Made by a program: the position numbers and the translations under genes. A stretch of DNA of 64,000 bases from Squalus acanthias (Eukaryota), in the NCBI GenBank assembly GCA_030390025.1, contig CM059448.1:19654001-19718000 (forward strand), written 5' to 3'. Below the pieces are notes generated by a model. The model made no database searches. It saw nothing but the letters and a program-made list of their open reading frames with translations, and was not told the DNA's origin. Shown here piece after piece: positions 25,468 to 36,945 of this stretch (positions within the stretch are counted from its first letter, which is position 1; each line of letters opens with the position of its first letter).

Positions 25468-26134
25468 GGGCTGGATTTTCATTGACCCGCGGAGGTGGGT
25501 TTGGAGGCGTGTGGGGGGTTAAAATTGCAAAAACTGGCGGGCAGGCACAAGCCCGCCTCCATCCCGCCTCCACGCAATTTTCATTAAATCGTGTCTGCTG
25601 GTCCCGACTCCGTGGCGCCTCTTAGAGGCGGGATAGGCTGTTAAGGCCCTTAACAAGCACTAAATTGCCTCTATAATGCCATTTTGAAAGGCTTTTGTGA
25701 TTTTAACCCTTTTTCTACATGAAGCTAGCCTGTTGTGAACCATGAATGTGAAACCTGGCGGGAGCACATTTGGATAGCTGACGCTGGCTGGCTATTGCGA
25801 TGCATATGTGGATGGATGCATATATGGATGGGGAGGAGACATATCTGGGAGTGGTGGTGTAAAAATATCTGGGAGCAGACTTAGGGCTGCTGCTCATTTT
25901 GCATCCAGGTCCTCTCACAGCAAAGGCCAGGCAGTCTTTGCAGACCTTCAATGCAGCAGCAATGATGACATCATCAGAGGCGACTTTCAGACTTAAAACA
26001 CTAATTGGTTCCTGGGTTCCCACATGCTGGAACTCAATTGCCCAATTAGGTGAAAATTGCATCAATCTCCCACATCCAATTGCAGTCGGGTGGACAACAC
26101 GACCCCAACCCGCCCCAGTATCAAAGTCCAGCCC
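25468..26134 (-). mobile_element. Harbinger MITE family A, copy 3 (no internal fold-back)
   Basis: TIR gggctggatttt / aaagtccagccc, TSD ATT; encodes MSSSPKSAPR from 25897. Confidence 0.9.
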
Positions 26135-27185
26135 ATTAAATCTAAAAGCCTGTTAAAATTTGAAGCACGCAGCCTCATTAGCATATTTAAATAACTGTGC
26201 CGTCCCTTGAGAGCAGGTTAGTCGCTCGGTCCCCACAATCCGCCTCCATTAAAAGCAGAAGTGGGCACGTTTGAAGCAGGTTGGACTCAGGTTTCAGATT
26301 TTTGAAATTTTAGCCTATCCCCTCGACCCTCTCCCGCCCGTTGTGGGGAGTTAAAATTACCCCCGCCCCCCCCACCCATGATTTCAAGCCCCTACTCCTA
26401 TAATATACAAGATAGTCCCAGTGATTATTATAAGTAATACGATGTGGAGAAATACCAGCAGGGATATCAGTCGCATGACATAGAAAAGTGTGAGGTGATA
26501 CATTTTGGTGGGAAGAATGAGGAGAGACAATACATGCTAAATGGTACAATTTTAAAGGGGGTGCAAGAAGAGAGACTCCTGGGGGTGCTTGTGCACAAAT
26601 CTTTAACAAAGCAGTTAATAAACCATATGGGATCCTGGGCTTTATAAATAGAGGCTTTGGGCTGGATTTTGCCAGGCCCAAGGAGGCGGGTTTGAAGGCG
26701 GGTCAGGTGGGAAAGTTGCCAAAAATGGCGTCGGGCTCTGATCCCACCTCCAACCCGCCTCTGCGCAACTTTCCCAAATGCGGGCTTGCAGACCCCGTTT
26801 CGGTCCCGCCTCCAAGAGGCGGGATAGGCCCTTAAGGCACTTAACATCCACTTAAGTACCTTAATAATGCCATTTTGAGAGGCCTTTCAGAGTTTACCAC
26901 ATTTCCCACATGCTGCACGTCTCCCATGGAACAAGCCAGCTAATCCTGTCAGGTTCACAAGTGGATGGCTTAATAACAGCTGCAGCTCCACCATAAAAAC
27001 GGAGTTTTCCACCATGATCATTTGCAGGTGGCAGCACTTTCTTTTCTCAGGTCTTGGAGAACTTTTTGCAGGTCTACTGATTTTGGAAGTGGTGAAGCTG
27101 AGATCCATCTCCACTGTGACCTCCTGGGAAACCCCTCTCCCCACCTTGACTGAGCGCTTCCTCAACTGAGGTATATACCTGCAGC

Positions 27186-28433
27186 ATGGGAACCATTTAT
27201 TTCCTTTCCTCCTGGACCTCAGATTCGAATGAAGACCAGCCGTGGCAGCAGCAGAACCCGGAACAACACTAGCACCAACAGCAGGAGCAACAACAGGAGC
27301 GCCAAGCTGCTGCTCACCCACCTGAAGCTGCACAGGCCAGAAGGCACCAGCGCAGGGAAGGACGTCGCCGCAGGAGATACCCCCAAAACAGGGTTTATAG
27401 ACACAGGGTCAGCTACCTCAACATGACTGAGCAGCAGTGTCAAAGGAGGCTCAGACTTTCGCGAGAGGTAGTGGGTGACATCTGCACAATGCTGCAGCAA
27501 GACCTGGAGCCCAGAGGAGTGGGTGGACACCCCTTACTAGTGGCCGTCAAAGTCACCACCGCACTCAACTTTTTTGCTTCAGGCTCATTCCAGGGATCAA
27601 CAGCAGACATCAGCGGCATCTCCCAGACGGTCGCACACACTTGCATCACACAGGTAACCGATGCCCTCTTTGCCAACGCGCACAATTACATCAACTTCTC
27701 CAGGGATCAAGCAAGTGTAACCGCGCGTGCGGTTGGATTTGCTAATATGGCAGGCTTTCCAAGGGTGCAGGGCATCATTGACTGCACACATGTGGCCCTT
27801 AAGGCATCCCATCACAATCCAGGTATTTTTGTCAACCGCAAGGACTGCCACTCCCTCAACGTGCAGCTGGTGTGTGACCACAAGAAGGAAATTTTGCATG
27901 TTTGCACCAAATACCCTGGCAGTTGCCATGACTCCTTCATCCTGCGCCAGTCTAGTGTGCCTCCGCTTTTCAGTCCGCCAGACCAACTTTGCGAATGGCT
28001 ACTTGGAGACAAGGGCTATCCCCTGAAGACGTGGCTAATGACGCCATTGAGGAGGCCATCCAACGAAGCTGAGGAGCGCTACAACTCCAGCCACATTTCC
28101 ACCAGATCCATTATCGAGCAAACCATCGGCTTGCTGAAGATGCGATTCAGATGCCTTGATAGATCAGGTGGAGCCCTGCAGTACTCAGCAGCCAGGGTCT
28201 CCAGAATCATCGTGGTCTGCTGTGCACTTCACAACATCGTACAGCATCGTGGCTTGCAGCTGCCTGAGGGACAAGTGGGTCAGCGCATAGCCTCCTCAGA
28301 TGAGGAGGAGGAGGAGGAGGAGGAGAGCGAGAACGAAGAGCTTGCGGAGGCGCATCAACCAGCGGCAGCAGCACACAAGAACATTGCTGCCCGGGATGCA
28401 AGGGATGCACTCATCTTGGCCAGATTTGCTTAG
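27186..28433 (+). CDS. Harbinger DDE transposase (HARBI1-like); 415 codons with one TAG at 27270, open from ATG 27423
   Basis: Motifs [45 protein letters not shown]. Confidence 0.93.
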
Positions 28434-28689
28434 GTTGCCCAATCAAACACATTTGGCTCGCACCTTCTTACCACACCATCGACAATGGACAAGAACCTGC
28501 GGCTTCCTATCACTCTGACCACCATCATGACAAATCCAAGTCGCCCTGAGCCCTCAGTGTGGAAGTCCCATTTGCGAAATGACACAGCCCACAACTTCAA
28601 CAGTTTGCCATCAAGTCATTTTATAACATTAATTCACGGATGGCATTTCACAATTAAACACAACAGAACACCCAAGTGACTACCTTTGT

Positions 28690-31593
28690 GACTACTTGTG
28701 CTTTATCTTCCTCTTATGCATGCTCCTACGTGATGCTCCCCTGTGGCTTCAGCAGATGTAGAGGCCCCTTGCTCACTTTCATGCTGCTCCTGCCTCAATA
28801 CCTTTGGCGGGCGTCCTCTGGGGTTGCGAGCCTGTGAGGGCTCGCCGACAGTCTGCTGCTCCTGCGGCTGTGCAGAGGATGAGACACCATCTCAGTTGGG
28901 TGAGGACTCTGGTGGGGCTCTGACCGAGGGCTCCGCAGTGGCATGGAAGTGAGTGCGCTTGGAGAGGAGCCCCCACTTCCTTGTTGTCTGCCACCAACAT
29001 CCCTCTCATGGGTCAGCCCCATTTCAGAGCTAGCAAGTGGCTTGACAGCCCCTTCCTGCACTTCCGGGGGGCCATGAGGACCCGTTTCTGCACTGGCAGT
29101 TGTACTCCAGAGGACTTCCATGAAGCTCTGGTTTCTCTGCTCAATAGCTGCCCATCACTCCTCCAGAGATGTCAGTCTATTCTGAACAATGACCATGTTT
29201 TCAACACTCTGGCAACTTAGCTCCTCCATGGCCATAGCCATCCTCTCCTCTACCATAGCCATCCTTTCCACGGAGGTTGCCATCCTTTCCATGGTGATGT
29301 ATTCATGCGCCAATGCCTCCACAAAGGCTCTGCTCATGTTAGCGATGGACTCCTCCATCCGCTCCACATGCGCAGCGACCCTGGAGACAAAACCTGCCAG
29401 AGACTCCTGCACCTGTTCCTGGAGTTCCAGCACTGCTCTCCTTCTGGATGGACCCGGAGGCACAGGGTCGACATGCAGCTGAGCCGAGCTGGGAGCGTCC
29501 TGCGCCCTCCGACGAGGACTTTCCACTGCTGTTCCTGTCTCCACCATCTGCTGATGCTCACTTGTGAGCTGTGATACACCAGGTGACAACAATACTCTAT
29601 GTCCCGAAGGTCCCACCGAGGTGTGAGTGTCTGCGCTGGTGCTGGGTGCGCTTAATTCTGGTGACGCTGTGCCCTCAGAGGTTGCAGGTTCCTCTGAAGA
29701 GTCTTGTGGCTCAGGCTGTTCCTCCTGGACAGTGGGGAGGGGGGCTGTCGATGGTCCTGTGGGGGAGTAAAGGAAAGAGTTAGACATGTGAGATAAACGT
29801 TGCATGCACATGGAATTGTGCAGCTGATCATAAGTAAATCTGTTAGAGCATCAGAATCAATATCAGTCACTCATGCAATGTCAATGAGAGAGATGAAAAA
29901 CTATTCTGTCACCAGCTTGCTCTGATGCACCCATCTGTCTGTCCCCCACTTGTGCATCCTCCTCAGCTCCCACGATCTCAAGGGACACCTCCTCTGCGTT
30001 GCTGAGCTGGGCTCAAGTTTGCAGATGACACAAAACTGGGTGGGCATGTGTGCTGTGAGGAGGATGCCGAGAAACTCCTGATTTGGACAGGTTGGGTGAG
30101 TGGGCAGAAGCATGGCAGATGCAATAGAATGTGGATAAATGCGAGGTTATCCACTTTGTTGTCAAAAACAGAAAGGCAGACTATTATCTGAATGGCAATA
30201 GATTGGGAGAAGGGGAAGTGCAACGAGACCTGGGTGTCCTTGTGCACCAGTCGCTGAAGGTAAGCATGCAGGTGCAGCAGGCGGTGAAGAAGGCAAATGG
30301 TATGTTGGCCTTCATAGCGAAAGGGTTTGAGTATAGGAACAGGGATGTCCTGCTGCAGTTGTACAGGGCCTTGGTGAGACCACACCTTGAGTATTGTGTG
30401 CAGTTTTGGTCACCTTATCTGAGGAAGGATGTTCTTGCCATGGAAGGAGTTCAGCGAAGATTCACAAGGCTGATACCTGGGATGGCAGGAATGACATATG
30501 AGGAGAGATTGGGTCGATTGGGCTTATACTCGCTGGAGTATAGAAGAATGAGAGGGGATCTCATCGAAACATATAAAATTCTGACAGGTCTGGACAAACT
30601 AGATGCAGGAAGAATGTTCCCGATGGTCGGAGAGTCCAGAACCAGGGGTCATAATCTAAGGATAAGGGGTAAGCCATTTAGGACAGAAATGAGGAGGAAT
30701 TTCTTCACCCAGAGAGTGGTGAACCTGTGGAATTCTCTACCACAGAAGGTAGTTGAGGCCAATTCATTAAATATATTCAAGAATGAGTTAGATATATTTC
30801 TTAAAGCTAAAGGTATCAAGGGATATTGGGAGAAGGCAGGTACAGGGTACTGAGTTTGGATGATCAGCCATGATCTCATCGAATGGCGGAGCAGGCTCGA
30901 GGGGCCGAATGGCCTACTCCTGCTCCTATCTTCTATGTTTCTATGTTTCTATGTGGGCTATTGAGGGTGGCCCTCCTCCTGTCTTTGCCCTTTCCATCTT
31001 ATTGTGGGCTCTCTTTTCCTGCAATGAGGGAGACAAGTGGAGTTTGAGTGAGAATGAAGGAGTGAGTGTAGAGAATCCATAGCATATATGCTTAGAAGGA
31101 CACAAAGATGGAGTGAGGTCCCAAGACCAAGGGCCCTCCCTGTGTGTTGTAAGTTGTTGTCATAGCATAACAGCGATAGGGAGTGAGGGCTGCATAATTG
31201 AATAGTTAAGTGAATGTGTACACACAGAGAGAGGGAATGGTTAAGGGTGCAGGGATGTAAGGGTCAAGTGGGATGTGGAGGAGGAGGTTGACAATGCAGA
31301 GTGCTGGCCATGAGAGGCGATGGGGAACAGATCGAGGATCATGGTGATGTCATACTCACTTTTCCTGTGCGGAGAAGGTCATTAAACCTCTTTCTGCACT
31401 GCAGCCAGGTTCTGCTGCACATTGAGATGGCACTGACCTCCTGTGCCACTTGCAGCCACACAGCTTTGGTCTGCTGGGGAGGTTTCTTCCTCCCAGAGGA
31501 AGGAAACAACACCTCTTTCTGAGCTCTGGCTCCCTCCACTTGGAGGGAGTCCTCATCAAAGCGGGGTGCAGCCTTGGACCTTGAGCTTGACAT
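28690..31593 (-). pseudogene. Harbinger Myb/SANT-like DNA-binding gene: exons 31593-31360, 31018-29913 (split by CR1), 29756 to about 28690
   Basis: MSSSRSKAAPRF..EVLFP..W..VAQEV..RTWLQCRKRFNDL | EKRAHNKMERAKTGGGPP..; GT/AG sites in phase; TGA at 29155 and distal frameshifts. Confidence 0.88.
30014..30953 (+). mobile_element. CR1 LINE 3' part inserted in Myb exon 2
   Basis: ORF 30131-30853; tail (ttctatgt)n; TSD TGGGCT at 30008-30013 and 30954-30959. Confidence 0.95.
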
Positions 31594-32569
31594 CTGTGCA
31601 CCACCAATCCCTCAGAAGTGTCTCAAAAAAAAGTTGTAAGGCAGAAAATGAACTAAGGCTGCTTGCAGGCCTTAAATGCAGCTCCATAAATGACGTCATC
31701 AGAGGTGAGTTTCACGACCAAAAGACTCATTGGGGCAGGGGTTCCCACACGCTGGGAATCAAGTGCTCAATTAGGACAAAATCACCAAATTATCCCGCCT
31801 CACATCGGAGGCGGAGGCGGGACCCACCGACCACCTGACCCGCCCCCAACCTGCCCCCATGACAAAATCCAGCCCATAGAGTGCAAAAGTCAGTTATACT
31901 AAACCTATATAAAACACTAGTTGGGCCCCAGCTGGAGTATTGTGTCCAATTCTGGGCACCGCACTTTAGGAAGGATGTGAAGACATTGGCCGGGTACGGA
32001 AGAGATTTACTAGAATGGTTCCAGGGATGAGGGATTACAGTTACATGGATAGACTGGAGAAGCTGGGGTTGTTCTCCTTGGAGCAGAGAAGGCTAAGAGG
32101 AGATTTGATAGAGGTGTTTAAAATCATGAAGGGTTTAGATAGAGTAAATAAAGAGAAACTGTTCCAATGGCTGAAGGGTCGATACCCAGAGGGCACAGAT
32201 TTAAGGTGATTGGCAAAAGAACCAGAGGCGACATGAGGAAAAACTTTTTTATGCAACGAGTGGTTAGGATTTGGAACGCACTGCCTGATAGGGTGGTGGA
32301 TACAGATTCAATAGTAGCCTTCGAAAGGGAATTGGATAAATACTTGAAGGAGGAAAAATTACAGGGATATGGGGAAAGAGCGGGAGAGTGGGACTAACTG
32401 GATTGGTCTTTGAAAGAGCCGGAGCAGACGCGTTGGGCCGAAAGGCCTCCTTCTGTGCTGTATTATTCTATGATTCTATGACAGTGTGATATCATTATGA
32501 GACTTCTGATGATTTGCTTAGGTTATTAAAGTGACTGGCAAGATTATAAAAATCATGTCATGTCACCTG

Positions 32570-32950
32570 TGGGACTGAGACACAAAGACCGGGAAGTTTC
32601 CAGTTCCTCAGTTTCAGTACCTACTCCGTGCTGTTACCTAATCTCAGCTGGGACAGCAGCGAGAATACTAAAATTAGCGTCAGTGACCCTGCGGTAGAGA
32701 GGGGAAGAAATATCAGGCAAGCTTCCCATTACTGATTGCTATCCAGTCACTCCTACTGGAAAGTGCACATGGTAGACATTGGGTGAGGGCAGAATTAGGC
32801 TTGGCTGTGATACTTCCTACAGCCTATTCGCCTGTTGACACTCGTTGATGAGGCTTAGTTGAAAACGCCACTTGGGTGACATTGCAGAGGACAGTTGCAC
32901 CCAGGAACCATATCCCAGCATGAGTCAGACCTTCATGGGAAAATTAGGAG
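32570..32950 (+). mobile_element. Old SINE-like interspersed repeat
   Basis: Diverged reverse-complement similarity to 7500-7650 plus 8077-8225 and to 4200-4400. Confidence 0.4.
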
Positions 32951-34237
32951 GAGGCGGAAGAATATTATATTATTATGACGTTCGTCGAAGACATATAACA
33001 CGTGTTGTAAATAGAACAAATGTCCGTGGGCAGCAGGGTATAGACGTAATTATCTCTACTTGTGGGGCTGTGTGACTTGAGAGTTATTTGGTCAGCCTTC
33101 GCTTGTGGAGTTATTTATTATACCTTCTACTTTAAAGAGACAGCTCATTTGAAGAGCTGGCACTACCACAGGCTTGATGGGCCAAATGGCCTCCTTGTGT
33201 GCTGTAAATTCTATGATTCTACTTAAAACTGTATTTAAAATTATTGCCAGCTGAAGCTCACCGCTAACTATGAAGAAACCACATGGATGGGAGCTGCAAT
33301 GCATTTGATGTTAAATTGATGTTACAGCAAAGCTCTATTTAATGAACTCTGGACTGTGTGAAAAAAAGGCTCTTTCACTCACAGTTGACTGCTAGATGTT
33401 AATGCTGGTAGACTTTGTTCTTAACTCTACCACATTGCTTTCCTGCTATAATTGTAATACCTGTCAATTTAAGGCAACTCTGAGAAGTAGAAAGCCTGTT
33501 AGACTGATGCAGTGAGTTCCCCCAATCATGGCAAAATGTAACTCAATTCACTCTGCTTTTCTCTCATTTTTCATCTTGTCACCACTTTATTTTATTTCAG
33601 GAAGTGTCTGGTGTATTAGAGTAATGTTCTCTGAAGTACTGGCCCTGACTTTCTCCTTCTTTTGTTCTTAGTGAAGTTACTGCCAAGGGAGTAACATGGA
33701 TTGTGCTGACACTCAAAGCTACAATCTTTCTTCCTGTCACCAAATGAGTGGCAGGTAAATGGAAAGCAAAATCACATGCAAATTAATCAGAGGACTGCCT
33801 GCTTCTGCTGGCTTTGTATGTGGTTGGAATGTACTTTTGTCTTACAGGAGGTAGTGAATTTTAAAACATTACTGCCTTGAAATTATACTGTGCATTATTA
33901 CGAACAAAATGTGTTTTAAATAGATGAATGTCTTTGTGAAAATAGTGAACCAAGGAATTTCATGTCGATTGGCCAACTTGGAACACAGCAAGCTTGTTTG
34001 AAAATGTAAGGGGTTGAGGAGGCTAGAATGTGCTCCGTTTCTCAGATCAGAGCATAAAATGCCCCTGGGGGAAGTAAAAGTGAAAACAGGCCAGCTAGGA
34101 AGAATCAGGGGAGGTGTCCACCAGTGTGAATGCAGTGAGGAACGTCCTGCATACCGAGAGCAATGTCTGCGAAGTTTAATGGCCTTACCAGGTCACACAA
34201 GGTGGGAGAAAGTACCAGGGCCTTCCATCAATACAGT

Positions 34238-35890
34238 TGTAAGAAACATGGGAGGAGAAATTCGGTATCGCCCTGTTTGGGGCACAATTATCGGCCGGGC
34301 ACAAAGTTTAGCGTCTGGCGCTAATTATCGCCTCCGACTGTAAACGTGGCTTCTATCACCTCTCTTAAGGCGCTAACGCCGAGGAGCGAGGCGCTAACTC
34401 AGAGCGCTGGCAAAACTCATGTGATGTCAGTCAGCAATGGAACACAGACACACTGGCACCGGCCAGTTCTTAAAGGGGAGTTTCGATCTTGCTCTCCTCC
34501 CACACCCTGCTCATTGCAGCCTTGAATCTTGGCCTGGAGAGACCTGTACATCAATTCTGCTGGAAAGAACAATGGAGAGTCCCAGGGAAAGAGCTCAGAA
34601 TGCAGCCCCCAAAGTCTCTTCTAAATCGATGCAAGGAAGGTCAAATCAAAATGAACCTGCAAAGTGCTGCTCAGTACCCAAAACTCCTTCACACAGCGTT
34701 GAATCTCTCCAGAAGTCTCTCTCTCTCGCTCTCTCAGAATGTGTGGTGCGAAAATGCCGGCAACAAAAAAAGTCAGGAAGCGGCCGCCTTTAAATAGCGC
34801 TCCCCGAGTCCCTTCCCGGCTTCAAAACGTTCCCCTCAACCTGTCGTTGCTAGTGACAGGCGGTAAGGCAGGGGGCGCCACTCAATATCTGGTCTGGGAC
34901 GCTACCGGGGCGTTGCACGCTCGACTGACGTCACGATCTGCGGGCACAGGAGATTGTGGCGTTAGTGTTTAGCGCCGCCGCAAAATGTCTGGTCAATTTT
35001 GCGAGCAGCGCAAACATCGTCGCGCCCGGGCGCGACTTGCTTTGCGCCCCATTAGCGCCCTCTTAGGGCACTAACAGGAGGCGCAAAGCAACCGAATTTT
35101 TCTCCCATGTAATCCTAAAGAAAGTTGTAAGTTATAAGGTACTTAATGATTCCGTAGGAAATAGATCTGCGAACCCACTGACTTATTGCCCAGAATTAAT
35201 TCCAAACACATCAGATAAGAACAGAGAGAGGCGGCCTCCCAAAGAGACATAGCAAGTTTGATAAGGGAGACAGGGAACCAGTCAGCCGAATAAGCAAAAC
35301 ACTCTTAACCATACTAAAACATCTTAACACAAAAAGATAAGAAATAACTGAACTCCAGCTCGAAGAATAAGATGGTCAGGAAGTACTTTGCCCTGGTAAT
35401 AAAAGTCATGAGATGGACGAAAAATGATAGACATCTGTGATCCCAATCCATCGAAATAAGATATAAAAACAGGGCAGAGAGAGAGAGAAGTTAGCCGTTA
35501 GGAGGAAAGGCTTCCTCGGAGTGGATGAAATACTCGCTTCGGCTTAACTCTCTGATCAGGCTGGACCCCAGAGGTGCTGGCTGACGGCCTAACAGCACAG
35601 ACAGCTCAAGGAGAGACCCAACAGAAGTGACCGGTGTTGCAGACAGAGACATCCATCAACACTCATCGACGTCCGTCCGTCCGACGTCCGTCTGATCATC
35701 TCGTTCTGTTCGTTCCATCGCGGGGCCGTAGGTCGTTCTCATCTGTCACGGGTTGTCTGTCTACTGTATCTATTTCAATTGCATGAAGTAGCATCTGATT
35801 ATGCTTAAACTGTAGCTCTCTAATAAAAAGCCTTACAACTCCTAAGACCCTTTGGGTAATGTGTGTGTGACCTGTGATCCAAATCTTACA
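34238..35890 (+). mobile_element. Solo LTR (about 794 bp without the nested MITE)
   Basis: TGTAAGA...TCTTACA ends, 4-bp TSD CAGT, TATA-like tataaaa at 35462, AATAAA at 35822. Confidence 0.8.
34251..35106 (+). mobile_element. Harbinger MITE family C, copy 2
   Basis: TIR ggaggagaaattcgg / ccgaatttttctccc, TSD ATG. Confidence 0.9.
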
Positions 35891-36386
35891 CAGTGTGCTG
35901 ACAATATACAGCACCTACATCCACCTCAGACTGTTTTTGGAGGTACTTTCAGCCTTACAAATGACGCAGTCTGGTGCACTTTGCACCCCCAGCCTTTCCC
36001 TGAAATCTTCTTTCATTCACATCCTCGCATGCATTCAGCTCCAAAGAATCCTCTGATTTAATGTAGCTGAATGTTCTTAAAAAGAATGCACAGATTCTCG
36101 CCCCCCCCAGGTGCGGCCACTTTCTTTTGAGTGGCCACAAGCCCTTCTAAATTGCTGCTGCACCCTTATCTGGAAACTCCTGTGATTTCCCATCCCCTCC
36201 GCTATGTAGTCGTGCACCCTCCACAAAACACCAGTGGCACAACGAGCATATTTAAATGATGTGCCTCGGGTGGGCTCCCCATATATACAGTGAGCTGGGT
36301 GTGCTGGCATAGGCAATGGTTCAAGTGACGCAATCCCTATGGCAGGGTCGCAATATCTGCTGTACAGAAAAGGAGTAGTAAATAGT

Positions 36387-36945
36387 AAATTCCGGTCGAT
36401 TGCCATTTTAATTCTCCGTCCCACTCCCACTCTGACCTCTCTGTCCTCGGCCTCCTTCACTGTTCCAATGACACTCAACGGAAGCTTAAGGACCAGCACC
36501 TCATCTTTCGATTAGGCACTTTACAGCCTTTCGAACTCAACACTGAGTTCAATCATTTCAGATCATAACCGCCGCTCCCATTTTGTCAGACAGCAGGTGC
36601 TGGTGATGGTTCTGCTGTTTCCATTTACAGCTCCTCTAGACCCATCTTTTGTTTCTTTACTTGTCCCGTTACCACCCCCTTTGTGTCTTGCACCATCATC
36701 CCTTTTGTCATTTAATCACTCCTGTCTTCCACCCTATCACAGACCTTCCCTTTTGTTCTTTCCTCCTCTTCCCCCCTTTCCCTGCCTCTGTACTTGCTAA
36801 AAACCGACTACATCTCTAACTTTGTCCAGTTCTGACGAAAGGTCAGCGACCTGAAACGTTAACTCTGTTTCTCCACAGCTGCTGAGTATTTCCAACATTT
36901 GCTGTTTTTATTTCAGATTTCCAACATCCGCAGTATTTTGCTTTT
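36387..36945 (+). mobile_element. 5'-truncated Penelope-like retroelement
   Basis: HFNSPSHSHSDLSVLGL..QHLIFRLGTLQPFELNTEF (GIY-YIG C-terminus); 12-bp TSD GTAGTAAATAGT. Confidence 0.88.
36828..36864 (+). ncRNA. Minimal type I hammerhead ribozyme motif
   Basis: AGTT-CTGACGA-A-AGGTC agc GACCT-GAAA-CGTT-AACT. Confidence 0.8.

Larger units (their letters stand above)
26659..31875 (+). mobile_element. Full-length PIF/Harbinger DNA transposon (mutated)
   Basis: TIRs gggctggattttg / caaaatccagccc; convergent transposase and Myb/SANT genes. Confidence 0.95.
26470..32480 (+). mobile_element. CR1 LINE fragment split by the Harbinger (26470-26658 and 31876-32480)
   Basis: EKCEVIHFG..ggctttataaatagaggc | atagagtgcaaaag..ctggagtattgtgtccaattctgg; tail ttctatgattctatga. 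Confidence 0.9.

Noticed and set aside
27423-28433. Host HARBI1 gene
   Set aside because: Flanked by TIRs, paired with a Myb gene and inserted into a CR1, so it is a transposon copy rather than the domesticated gene
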